In this document: piece after piece, positions 24,481 to 36,922 of the stretch
Layout of the letters: the number at the start of each line of letters is the position of its first letter
Numbering within the stretch: position 1 is the first letter of the stretch
NCBI RefSeq assembly: GCF_001194135.2
Contig: NC_068983.1
Span: 148,599,693 to 148,647,064 of the forward strand
DNA from: Octopus bimaculoides
Lineage: Eukaryota
Direction: 5' to 3'
Length of the DNA: 47,372 nt
The notes under the pieces: generated by a model
Database searches by the model: none
The model's input: the letters and a program-made list of their open reading frames with translations, nothing else
What the model was told of the DNA's origin: nothing
Position numbers and translations under genes: made by a program

Positions 24481-26003
24481 GTATTGTACACATATAAGTG
24501 ATATATATTTGCACCACATATACACATATGTGTGTGTCTGTGTCTGTGTATTTGTATATTTATGGCGCTCTTTGCGTAATGCATTATGCAAATATGATTT
24601 ATGAATATCACACATTTTACAATATATACTATATACGTGAATGTGTGAATAAGGTGTGTGTTATTGTTGTAATTGTTCTTGTTGTCCTGGTTGTTGTTGT
24701 TCAACCTCATTTCAGTCTTGATTAAGAATTCCTATAATTCTAAAGTGATCTTAATTATTATTTTCCCGTTATTCTATAGCTATGAATGACCGCATTCACG
24801 AATATTTGCAGTCCTTTTAAGGTTGTACAGTCATTTGCGAACGGTATTTTGTAGCTATTTCTTGTAGGACGAGTATTTTCGAAAAGTGTCCGTCTTTACG
24901 AGAGCTGTAGAAAACCGAATCCAGAGCACATAATCCCTTTTGCTCTATGTCTCTTCAAAATACCTGCTGGAAAGGTTATGGAGAAAAATCCCTTTTATAA
25001 CTTCAATATATATTGCCAAATTTCATATGGATTTGACATTTCTTTCTCATCCTGCTTTACATTGAACAAGAACTAATTACATCGAGAGAATAAAAAATGT
25101 AGTCCATTCTACCAACTGAAAAATCAATAGAAGAGAAAGTGACATGTCAGAATGAACGATATGAAAAAAATTTTATTACTAATAGGAAAAAAATTAGTTA
25201 TTCACAATCGGGAATTAAATGTACGAAGATGTTTGTCATATCTGCCCATAAACAGCCAAAGGCTACTTCCAGTCAGAAATTGTGACAGATGGGACATGTC
25301 TACGTTTTAGAATAATTTTATTGCAAAATAGATGCTGGTTTCGTTTTTAATCAAGTTAAACCATAACAATCTGAATCAACTTGCCTAGTAAAAAAAAAAC
25401 ACACAAACACATTCGCACACATACAGACGCACACACACACACCAAACCATACACACACAAACACACAATTAAGTGATTCTAAACTTATTCATCCTTTTAG
25501 CTCCTTTATTACCTTCTTTCTGTAAAGCTATGGATTATAAATAACTTACAACTTAACTTTGACTTAAATTCGCTTATAGCATAAATATGATTCTTTGAAC
25601 TGTAGCGATGAGATATACATGTCTCGAAAACTACCTCAAAAAATGATGGCAAAAAGAAACATAAATACGGATTACCAAATCCGAACTATTTTGAACATTA
25701 ATCTCATACGTAATATAGAAATATAGTACAGATGATGGGGCGAATGCTGCATTTCATAAGAACAATGCAAAATACTAAATTTTAACTGGATTTGAACCTT
25801 CAACTTATTGTATCCATATAACAATTGCATCTACTCTAAAATACAAAACACAATAGAATACAAGTAAAATGATATGTCACGAGATTGATACAAAAAATGC
25901 TATACGTGTGTATGTGTACAACATGTGTGTTTGTGTGTGTTTTATTGAATAACATTTCCGTCTAAACGAGAAAAGGCAATTTTTTTACCACATATTGCGT
26001 GTG

Positions 26004-26277
26004 GGAGTAAAGATTGTCAATATAACTTGGCAGACCTGGTTTGGGACGAATGTTGCTGTAATTTAGCCCCAGGAGACATCGTCTCCATCTAGCTATACGA
26101 CACGATCTGTTTCCTTATATTTTCTAACAAGGGAATCTAGCACCCCTTGTTCGAAAATATAACGCCACAGGCCGTGTCGTATAGCCAGATGGATACGATG
26201 TCTCCTGGGGCTAAATTACAGCAACATTCGTCCTAAGCCAGGACTGCCATGTTATGTCGGCAAACAATCTTTACTCC
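26004..26277. repeat. 274-bp fold-back (long inverted repeat), probably a non-autonomous DNA element
   Basis: Arms 26004-26133 and 26144-26277 are reverse complements around the 10-nt loop AATCTAGCAC, with a perfect 39-bp core (26044-26082 vs 26195-26233). Confidence 0.9.
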
Positions 26278-26515
26278 AAAGTACTGTTGCTGAATATTTC
26301 TCGTTGTGAGATTTAAAAATAGTAATTTTCTATTATTGTGTTTTGTATGAATTTTATCGGTGGCATTAAGTCTTCCTAATGTTTCTCGAAATTTCATGCT
26401 TAATAGTGTTATCTTGTGAAAAGAGTTTCCCTATGATGCGCTCCAATTTATTATAAACATGCATACATGCATATATACATACATAAATACATACGTATGT
26501 ACATACGTACGTACA

Positions 26516-26547
<32 letters not shown>

Positions 26548-27283
26548 AATGTAAACACTTCACTTGTTACAAGTCATGGGTGATAATGTTACGAATCACG
26601 TGTCTGATATACTTTCCTCAGTGGAATCAACAAAGCCAATAGCACATTTATGTATAACGCGTAATATGAGTAGCGAAAGATTAAGCGTCTGATTCCATTT
26701 TTCCTCTGAATGGAAATAATCAGAGCCTTTTATCAGTTTACCATTGTCTGAATTAATTACCCGTGTAAACGGTCAAAGCCTCTATAAAGGATTTGAACCG
26801 TGCAAGATATATCTGTAACATTCGAAATCAGCTGATAAACGATTACGAAACTGGATTAGGACGACAGAGAAATGTATTGTCTCTGAATTACGGATTAATG
26901 AAGTTCGAAAAGGTGTTTGATGAATATGTTCAGAATCTGTTAGAAAATAGGTTATAACCCTGGATGAGTAGATCAAATGGATAGCAAACTGATCGATAAT
27001 ACGTTATTTAGGAAATAGATACATTTCTAGTAGAAAAATGAATTGATGAATGGTAGATAAATAAAGATAAGAAACGGTTATGTCTAGGCAATAGAAATCC
27101 ATAGATTTTGTGTGTAAAGACAAAGTGACTTGCCTCCAAAATTGATTGACAAAACAAGACAGAGACTGAGATATTTAGTTTAGTAGAAATCATTGATAAT
27201 CAAGGTAAAATGATTTCTAGATGAAAGTAACTACACCCATAAAAGAAAGGAACTTTGCTGTCAGTAAAAGAACATGCGTTCAC

Positions 27284-27555
27284 TCTGCAATCACACGAGC
27301 TGCACAAACGAGTTGCTTCTTGGCTTTGCCTTTTCTACTGTATTACAACGGTTTCTACTGTCCTGAACTGACTGGTTGGCATAAGTTCCACCACGTTATC
27401 CCATGGAAGAATCTGCTTCACATTCAACAATCATCTTTAGTATCCATTACTTCCTCTCTATAAATGAAACTCTATGGAAATCCTTCCACGGTCACGTTTC
27501 TCCTATACACGTGGACTTACAAAAGTTCAAACTAAACAGCGGCCGCATCGAGCTC
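27284..27555 (+). mobile_element. Decayed CR1/L2-group LINE ORF2 3' end, copy 1
   Basis: Frameshifted HKRVASWLCLFY/YYNGFYCPEL...ETLWKSFHGHVSPIHVDLQKFKLNSGRIEL resembles the CR1-group C-terminal pattern HRRxVxxLCLFYRYYNG...LWNSLPxxVFPxxxxLQxFK. Confidence 0.6.
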
Positions 27556-27963
27556 AGTGATTTTGAAGAGCTTACATGTTCTTAGAGCAGGCTCTTTCCG
27601 CCTTCTTCACCAACAGATAAATAAATCAGTCAGATTGCTTTAACAAGCGTTTAAGTAAGTAATGTTGTTTTTTTTTATTTTTCTTTGTTTGTTGTTGCTG
27701 TTATTATGGAAGCAACAAAGTGTCATATTACATCACATTCCACTGTGAGCAAGCAATACTGCAATGAAGTGTGAATAAATAGAAAGTGAAAAACATGCCC
27801 CAATAAAACAATTTGAAGATACAAATAATAATAATGATAAATAACAGAAATAAACAACAATAATTTATCTTTTCTAAATAATGATTAAGATGATGATAAT
27901 GATGGTGGTGGTGGTGGTGGTGGTGGTACTGATGATGATTATAACAACAACAACAACAACAAC

Positions 27964-27995
<32 letters not shown>

Positions 27996-28734
27996 TAATA
28001 ATGATGATAATCTTTTTAGTTCTAACAACTTCTGTTCTTCGACACCTACACTAAATTTGTGAACCATTTCCAAGATTATTGGATTCTACAATCAATAATT
28101 TCGTTGCAAGGCTCTTTCTCTCTCTTTCTCTCTTTTCCTCTCTATCTTTCTCTCCCTTCCCCCCCTCTCTCTCTCTCTCTCTCTCTCTATCGGAATAAAT
28201 AAAATAAAATTCATATAAAATGATAATACTTGTTTTGTTATCTTTTTTTTTTAAGAGAAGGATTTCTCTACACCACCCCCTCATTTTCCTCCTCTTTTTT
28301 TATGATTTAAGATCCAATATCACATTTGAATAGTATCGAAATTATATGAATTATCAATAGCAGAAGGTAGTTATTCAAAATGAAAAGAGAAATTACATAT
28401 TAAGCTTTTGAATGTGTGATTTAAGTGTGATTTAGGAAGATATTTTATAGAATTGTCTCTTTTTCCCCCCTTTTCTATAATTTATTTTGTGAGAGGATTA
28501 AATATTAAAATATTTTCTTTAAAATATTTCCAATGCATTTCAAATTTTTTATGTTTGCTTGTTTTGATTTTGCACCTCTTTTTTTCTGTTTTTTTTTTAT
28601 TATTTTTTTTTCAAACCTTAATTGAATCCAATGGCGATTGATTGTATGATTGTAAAAATTTAAACGTCAAGAATTTCGGGATTGGCTGGTTCAGTCTTTG
28701 TATTTTCGCTTAGTAATAAATAAATAAATATCTT

Positions 28735-28947
28735 ATAATAATAATAATCTTTTCTAATATAGGCACAACGCCTGAAATTTGCTGGGAGGGTGTTAGTCGA
28801 CTACATTGACTCCGGAGCTCTACTGGTATTTATTTTATTGACCCCGGATGAAAGCAATAGTCAACATCGGTGGAATTTTGAACTCTGAACATAAAAGACA
28901 GAAGAAATGTCGTTGAACATCTTAACCGGCGAGCTAGCGATTCTGCC
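28735..28947 (-). mobile_element. tRNA-derived SINE (12466-12650 tail type) ending in (ATT)n
   Basis: Minus strand: GGCAGAATCGCTAGC head, GAGTTCAAAATTCC B-box, CCCAGCAAATTTCAGGCGTTGTGCCT tail, then ATTATTATTATT. Confidence 0.75.
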
Positions 28948-28965
28948 TTTACAATAGTAATAATG

Positions 28966-29028
28966 ATGGTGACGATAATAATAATTATGACGATCACGAT
29001 AATAATAATAATGATGCTTATCACGAAC

Positions 29029-29099
<71 letters not shown>

Positions 29100-29100
29100 A

Positions 29101-29163
<63 letters not shown>

Positions 29164-29749
29164 NNNNNNNNNNNNNNNNNNNNNNNNNNNNNNNNNNNNN
29201 NNNNNNNNNNNNNNNNNNNNNNNNNNNNNNNNNNNNNNNNNNNNNNNNNNNNNNNNNNNNNNNNNNNNNNNNNNNNNNNNNNNNNNNNNNNNNNNNNNNN
29301 NNNNNNNNNNNNNNNNNNNNNNNNNNNNNNNNNNNNNNNNNNNNNNNNNNNNNNNNNNNNNNNNNNNNNNNNNNNNNNNNNNNNNNNNNNNNNNNNNNNN
29401 NNNNNNNNNNNNNNNNNNNNNNNNNNNNNNNNNNNNNNNNNNNNNNNNNNNNNNNNNNNNNNNNNNNNNNNNNNNNNNNNNNNNNNNNNNNNNNNNNNNN
29501 NNNNNNNNNNNNNNNNNNNNNNNNNNNNNNNNNNNNNNNNNNNNNNNNNNNNNNNNNNNNNNNNNNNNNNNNNNNNNNNNNNNNNNNNNNNNNNNNNNNN
29601 NNNNNNNNNNNNNNNNNNNNNNNNNNNNNNNNNNNNNNNNNNNNNNNNNNNNNNNNNNNNNNNNNNNNNNNNNNNNNNNNNNNNNNNNNNNNNNNNNNNG
29701 GAAGAAATTTGAAGAAAGAAGGAAAAAAAACAACATAATAATAATAATG

Positions 29750-29798
<49 letters not shown>
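28966..29798. repeat. (TAA)n microsatellite array interrupted by gap 29164-29699
   Basis: Long AAT runs at 29029-29163 and 29735-29798. Confidence 0.95.
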
Positions 29799-29799
<1 letters not shown>

Positions 29800-30230
29800 C
29801 ATTTGCTCTACATGGATGATCTGAAGCCTTAATAAGAATTAAAAAAAGAGACAGATTCTTTAAAACAGACCATAAGACTCTTCAGCAAAGATGTAGGCAT
29901 AGAATTCGGCATAGATAAGTGTGCAATATTAGTCATGAGGAAGGGATAGGTAGTCAACAGCAAAGGCATCCAATTACAAGATGGTCAGACATTAAAATCA
30001 GGGAGAGAGTTATAAGTATTTAGGAGTATTATAATCTGATACAGTACTAACTATAGAAATGGAAACGAAAGTTGAGAAGGAACATACCAGAAGTGTGAAG
30101 AAGCTAATGAAGTCAAAGTTATATGGTGCGAATCTAGTGAATGCTGTAAATACTTGGACAGTATCATTACTTAGATACTCGACAGTTTTTGTATATTAGA
30201 CAAAAACTAAATTAGCAAAGCTATACTTTA
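29796..30230 (+). mobile_element. R4/Dong-like non-LTR retrotransposon reverse-transcriptase relic
   Basis: NHLLYMDDLK**ELKKETDSLKQTIRLFSKDVGIEFGIDKCAILVMRKG*...(frameshift)YKYLGVL*...KSKLYGANLVNAVNTWTVSLLRYS. The YMDDLK, (M/I)EFGxDKC, YKYLG and KSKLxGxNxxxAxNTWxVSxLRYS motifs are characteristic of the R4 clade. Contains stops and one frameshift. Confidence 0.8.
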
Positions 30231-31491
30231 TTTCATCGGCCTCGTAGAAATAAAACGACGAAGTCTATTGTCACCGGGGTTTGGAAACAATGTACAGAAA
30301 TGCAACTAAATATTTACAAGGTATTTCGATCGATACTCTAAAATTTCCCCTGTTTCATTTTGTTAACCTATCTCCCAATTGTAAACTTCCACTTCGTATC
30401 GTGTCAATAATAACCTAATATTCCATTTTTCTCATGTGCTTTGCTTTTACAGATACATCAGAGATTTTGGTCCACGGCTGAGTGCAGTAGTTACATGGTT
30501 TATTTATATTTAGTGTGACTATGTTATCTGCTATGAACCTCTAGGTGTTCTAAGTAACGTAGATTGGAGTGCTTTGTCAAGAAACTATACAAAGTACATA
30601 AGGCGGGGTTTGAACCGAAACGTTAAGCTGATAATCCAATAAATTATACATTTAGCTGTTTCGTCTCTATGCTCAAGTAACGCACTTATATTGTTATAAG
30701 TATAATGATATTTATTGAAAAACAAGCGAAATTGCTTCTGGCTGCTAGAAGCAAGAATACTGAGACATGAAAGCTAAACTTCGAAGAACAAACAGAAGAC
30801 ATATTATATTAATCTAAAGAGTTATGTCTAGTGGGCTATAGTACACTAAAAAGAAAGACAGTAGTTTCATCTAAATCAATAAGACTGTTGGTCTGTTGCG
30901 AGAAGGAAGTAAACAATATGATATCAAATGTATTATACGATATATATTACGAAATACTGTTGACATAAAAGCACACTTGAGTCCACAAGTCGTAAATCTA
31001 GTACATCATTATTACAGATATTTATATTGATGGCAGTTCAGCATAGAGAATATACCAATGCAGTAACTGGCACTGGTTTTCCAGACTTACTGCCTCAAGA
31101 ACAGATTATGATACTTGTCAGCAAATGTGTGTCGACACAGACATCTATGAAAATTATATCGCTCATAGATATTTATCTGTAATTTCTAATTTAAAGATGT
31201 TATTACCTATATAATGGTTTCCATCTGACATCTGAAATCTATTTTAAATAATGTTTCCAATATTGGCACTAGTCCACACACTTGTTGGGTTAAGTTATAA
31301 TCGCCTGAATTGACTCCATTAATATGTACATCTATCGATTGTTATGCTGTAGTCCCCTGAGAGATGAAAGACATAGTTAATCCCAAAGAGATATAATTTG
31401 GACGCAACTAAAGCATTATGTTCGTTCTTCAGTAGATTTCTCACCTCGCTACTGCCCTTTTTTTTAATGTTGTTGATGATGATGCTGCTGC

Positions 31492-31531
<40 letters not shown>

Positions 31532-33644
31532 TAATGTAGGCAAAAGTTCACAAATGTGAGGCGGATGCGTTAGTCGACTTCACTTACCCCGATTGTTAAC
31601 TAATAAAATTCGGTTTAATAAATACTGGTTTAATTATTCGCAAACTAAAGATAAACATGTATATTATTCATCGCATCTAACTTGAAAACAATTATTTCCT
31701 CGGGGACTGAAAATATAGGGAGTGAGTACTAGAAGACAAAAAAAAAGGAGACAGTGGACGAATTACATCAAACAGGGTGAGATAAACAGCAATTATAAGG
31801 GCACATTAAAATACCAATGATATGGAAGAGAGAGCATAATAATAAAGATTCCTTAGGGTATTTGGAGAGCCATAAAAACAATTTCTGATTGCTGTGGCGA
31901 GGAGGAGGAGGAGGAGGAGGAGGGTGCTGATGCTGATGATGGTGGTGGTAATGATGATGATGATGGTGGTGGTAATGATGATGACATCAATGGTTGTAGC
32001 GGTGTTGGGGATAGTTGTTATTACTACCTTTGTAGCAAAAGTATGTATTGGAGAAGAAAACACACGAGAAAAGTAGCGCAGAGAAAACCTCGGAAAAATT
32101 GAAACAATTAGTAGTAGTAGTAGTAGTAGTTGACGAAGGTAAAACGGGCAAAAAAACCTCTAGGTATTTTGCCCGGTGTTCTAACGATTCAGCCATCGCG
32201 CCACGTTCGTTTTGGAAGCATTGAGCGATATTTAGCTGATATCTAGCGATATCTCGTCTAACTGAGATAGTCTTCAAGGTAGCATGCTGGTAAGATCTGT
32301 AAAACATTGAAAATTAAATGAATCGGGCCCTAAATGAAGTAGACACTGATATTCCCAGCCGTCAAAACATAATGAATAGGAAACAACACGAGATCCAAAT
32401 ATTCGACGAAATACTGAAATGAAACATGCAAACTTTAGATTAACATCACCCAATAGCTGACATACAATGAATTTTCATGAAAGAAACCTGCATCAGCTGG
32501 AAATGACTTATAAAATCTCTCCGAATATTTTAAACACTTACATTTCAAAAACATATTACGAAACTTTCTTAAAAGAAATTGTAAGTGTAACATCATCAAT
32601 CAAATGCTCAAGACTATACATTATAGCAAATATTATTGTAAAATATCAAATCGTACACAAAAACACAAGTAACAACAGGGGTTATTATTATTGTTTAGCC
32701 CTAGGCTATGCAGCATCGCGTATAACTATGATCGAAGACAATCAGTCCGTTATCATTCTTTTTTTATGTATCGGAGAGAACATTATCCACTACGTTCTTC
32801 CCTGACTGATTGGTTGAATCCACTCCGATACTTGTCAGAGGTTTCTTTTATATATTTATCGATAACGATAGTCAAATATGATTTCTGCAAAGCCAGTATA
32901 GAAGGACTCAAATAACTGTCTCATGGTAGTCTAGTAATTTAACGGTTGATTTCCTAACCTCAGCCATGCCAGAGTCGACTTCACCTTTCAGAGTTTGACG
33001 GTCAATAAACTAAAGTGGGTCAAAGCCATTGGATATAAGCTCCTCCCCAGCACGTCTGACCCTTACCTATATTACAAATCATTAGTACATTTAACAAGAA
33101 AGAAAACTGCTCAACGTATCGATTTCTACTATACATTATAAGTAGACGCAAACGGCACAGATATATGTTGGGTAGAGTGTAGCTGTAATATAAAACTTCT
33201 CGCACGCTGTGTCACGCTGATTCTGAGTGTGAATTACTTTAAGGTTTCATTACATGGCTATGGAAAGCTCAACTGATTGCACCTTAATTCAAGAATATAC
33301 CTTTAGGTTGATGGAATTTTGGAATTCTCATTGTCGAACGACGAAGATTACCTACCTTTTTATTATCAGTCAAGAAACGAAAAGCAGCACTCATGAATCA
33401 TTTTATTTCAGGACTTCCGAGATCGTTGGGAGAAAGAAAGGCGTTCTTTGTTTAACCAGAGACCAGGATCAAATGCTTACAAACGATGGAACTCTGCTAA
33501 AGATGCTTAAGAACGAGGTGATAGTTTTAAACATATCGGCAAATTAAGTTCGCCATCTAAGAATTCAGAACGCAAACATCTGAAATATTTATTGCGTTTC
33601 ATCCGACTCTAATATTTCTGTCCATCCACCAAATCTGCTAATTT

Positions 33645-33770
33645 ATTTGACCGATTATGAAAGGATGAAAGGTAAAGATGAACAAGGTATGATTTGAACT
33701 CAGCCCTTAGAGAACCGGAACAAGTATTGAAGGCATTTTGTCCTAATTTCTAACAATTCTGCCAAATCAA
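33645..33770 (-). mobile_element. Degenerate tRNA-derived SINE (12835-13064 family)
   Basis: GAAAGGATGAAAGGTAAAG..ATTTGAACTCAG..GGCATTTTGTCC..AACAATTCTGCCA matches the trimer units. Confidence 0.65.
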
Positions 33771-34159
33771 TTTTGTCTTCATACATACTCATAGACTCCC
33801 TCTGTCGCACAAACGCATGTTTGGAGAGTGTATGAATGTCACACAAGCGCATGTTTGAGAAGTTTATGAATGTGTGTATATAAATCTGTGTGTGAGTGGC
33901 GGGGTGTTTACTGTTGTTAACTTCTTTAACAGGATGATAGGTAGAAGTCTCCCTGAGATCAAATAAATATGTTGGAAAAGAAAGAAAAAAGGAGAGAAAC
34001 AAAGAAAGAAAGAAAGAAAGAAAGAAAAAAAGAAAGAAAGAAAGAAAGAAAGAAGGCATGTGAAACTCCAGTATGCATTGACTTACATTTCAGTACCTGT
34101 AGATATTGATTAGAAAAAGGATTGGCAAATGAGCATGCACAAATATTCTATAATAGTAA

Positions 34160-34222
34160 ATGCAGCAGCAGTAGCGGCAGCAGCAGTAGTGGCAGCAGCA
34201 GCAGTAGCAGCAGCAGCAGTAA

Positions 34223-34278
<56 letters not shown>

Positions 34279-34325
34279 ACGGCAGCAGTTGTAGCAGCAG
34301 AGGTGGCAATAACAACAGCAACAAT
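34160..34325. repeat. Compound (GCA)n/(GTA)n trinucleotide repeat
   Basis: Direct reading; source of the poly-S/V/L ORFs. Confidence 0.9.
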
Positions 34326-35484
34326 AAAATAATGCGAAACAACGCGATTTTTACATCATCGACTTCTAACCTAAGGCAATCCGGCAACCTTGTGTTCTTT
34401 AACGACTTAAAACAAGTTTTCACTAGTTTTCACAATACGCATGTTGCCTTTTCTATTTTAGGTATAATTTGATTGCTTCCACTTTTACATTATATTTGCA
34501 TCACACAAATCTAATTATTTCTTTACTGAATTACTCATATGAACTTTGGGATATTTGTTGCTCGGTTTTGATAAATAACAACAAAGAAATAAATACAAAA
34601 TGTAACTAAAATCCAGTACTAAAATGTTATTGTTCTATTATTATGTTGTTTATAGAGGTTGGTTTTAGAAGGTCAACATTGTAGGGCACAATACTAAATA
34701 CATTACAGCGTTTCCTTCTCTTCTAATCGTTAATGAATTCAACCCCGGTTGCAAGAGAATGAGAAATGCTTCCCTTCATTTCATTTTTTGACTCGACTTA
34801 AGAAACTGGTAAGTACCTGTTAATAATCAAGGGTGAATGTAATTGACCAAAATCAACTGTTATTGATTATTGTGCAGTGTTGCAAAACCGTTTATTGAGG
34901 AAACAGCCGAGTCAATAATATAGTAGAAAACCACCTATATATTTGAAGGTTGATATTCAATTCTCGGTACTGCTATGGGTGCACTTAACTTTCGAATGGT
35001 TGTGCCACATAGTTGTACATTGGAACCATAAGTGCATTTTTTCTCAATGACCGAGGCTATTTTACAATTCTAGATTTAATCATGAACTCATACGTTGTAC
35101 AATGACAAGATAACATTCTAATCTTTTTCCTAGATATTATTAACATAGCTGTTAAAGGACAGAACAAAATACCCAGCAGAATTTGCTATGGTTTTCAAGT
35201 CTTTGAATGTAAATCCTACCGAGATTAACTCTTTCGTCCCTTCGCAAGCGATAAAATAAAGCACCAGCCTAGGTTGTGGCACTTGTTCTGCCCTTTTACT
35301 TTCTTTCTGGAATTTTGGGTGGTAGATTTTAAATGTTGCCCAGTTGAATAACTCATGTATTAGGACTCCCTTCAGCAGGGTTAACTTTTTGGCAAGCATT
35401 CGATTTAAAGATAACTTCGTCTGTTTGTCTTGGAGTGCTTGAAATTTACAGTCATAGGTCACTAGTTTATACATACGTACGTAC

Positions 35485-35527
<43 letters not shown>

Positions 35528-36872
35528 TATGTGTATGTTGTGTATGTATGCATCAGGTCTTGTGACTGATAATTAAAGAGATCATGGTTATATAAAAATA
35601 TTAGAACTCTAGAAGTTTGGTGAGCCATAAACTAAGTAGGAACTATATATATTGCTGAATAATATTCCTACAATTCAGCGGTTGCTTATCTGAAAAACAA
35701 AGTATTTTGCCGAGCTCGATTGCATGATAAATATATATTATTTGGCAGCAAAATTCACTCGGCACCACGCATATATATCATCTACGCTTCTTAGGTATGG
35801 TGTATCAAATACATCGCAGCGATCACACCAGTGACATGCAATGATACGCTGTTCAATATACGAGAATGTTATAACTGTAATTATTATAGACCAATCATCA
35901 CTTGTTCGAACTACACGTGATGGTGACGATGGTGATGAAATCAGCTATGAGTCTTCTTCAAAAGATGGAGTTTCCAAGAAGAAATAATCACGCTGCATCT
36001 AACTCTTATTGCGTGTAGCGCTACATTATTTATAACCTTCAATTCCTGACATTTATTGGAACCTGTTCATCTTCGGAAATACTAATTTATTCTATTACGT
36101 ATGTTACGATGATACGCATGAGAGGTAATTCCATATTATGCCATATATGTAGAAATACAAACCCTGAAGCAACTTTTGCTCCATATTACATTATATGATA
36201 TGATATTATATTATATTATATTGTTATTCTCTTTTTGTTAGGCACAAGGAATTTAGTGTATAAGGCACTATATTTAGTCTGCTGTGTTCCAGATTCTACC
36301 AACTTATTGCCTCAGTAGCCGCAAAATTATTATATCATGTAATATCATATCTTATTAAATTATTAATTATCTAAGTATTCAAAATGGATAACTTATTACC
36401 TGATGAAATTTATTCAAATATATGTATATATATGTGAATATATACATGAATATATATATATATATATGAATATATATGTGTGAGTTCGAGCGTGAGTGTG
36501 TATGTATGGAATAATAATCAAATTCTTTACTGCTTCTATTACCAATATAGAACACCTTTAATTAAGAACTAAGGGTTATTAATCGATAAAAACCTAAATA
36601 TTAATAATATATAAGACCTACTTGAATTCACAAAAGTCCATACGACTTACTTACGAAGTATTATATAAGAAACAGTATCACTATGATGCAGATTTAATTA
36701 AATTTAATTAATGTACATTCAAATACAGACTTAATAAGATTCATTCTCGAATTTTCTCAACACGCAAATATATTCTTTTGTTTTCATGTTGCACAGAATG
36801 AATACAGTCTTGGTAATCTTCTTCAATTGTTTCAGCATGTTTTGAAGAATAGCATTATGTATCATAGATCTA

Positions 36873-36922
<50 letters not shown>

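Noticed and set aside
33254-33547. 97-aa ORF with faint resemblance to the Tx1 C-terminus
   Set aside because: Similarity too weak to support by eye; no tail or diagnostic motif.
35130-35486. 118-aa minus-strand ORF
   Set aside because: Overlaps a degenerate plus-strand SINE (about 35170-35290) and starts in a microsatellite edge; no recognisable domain.
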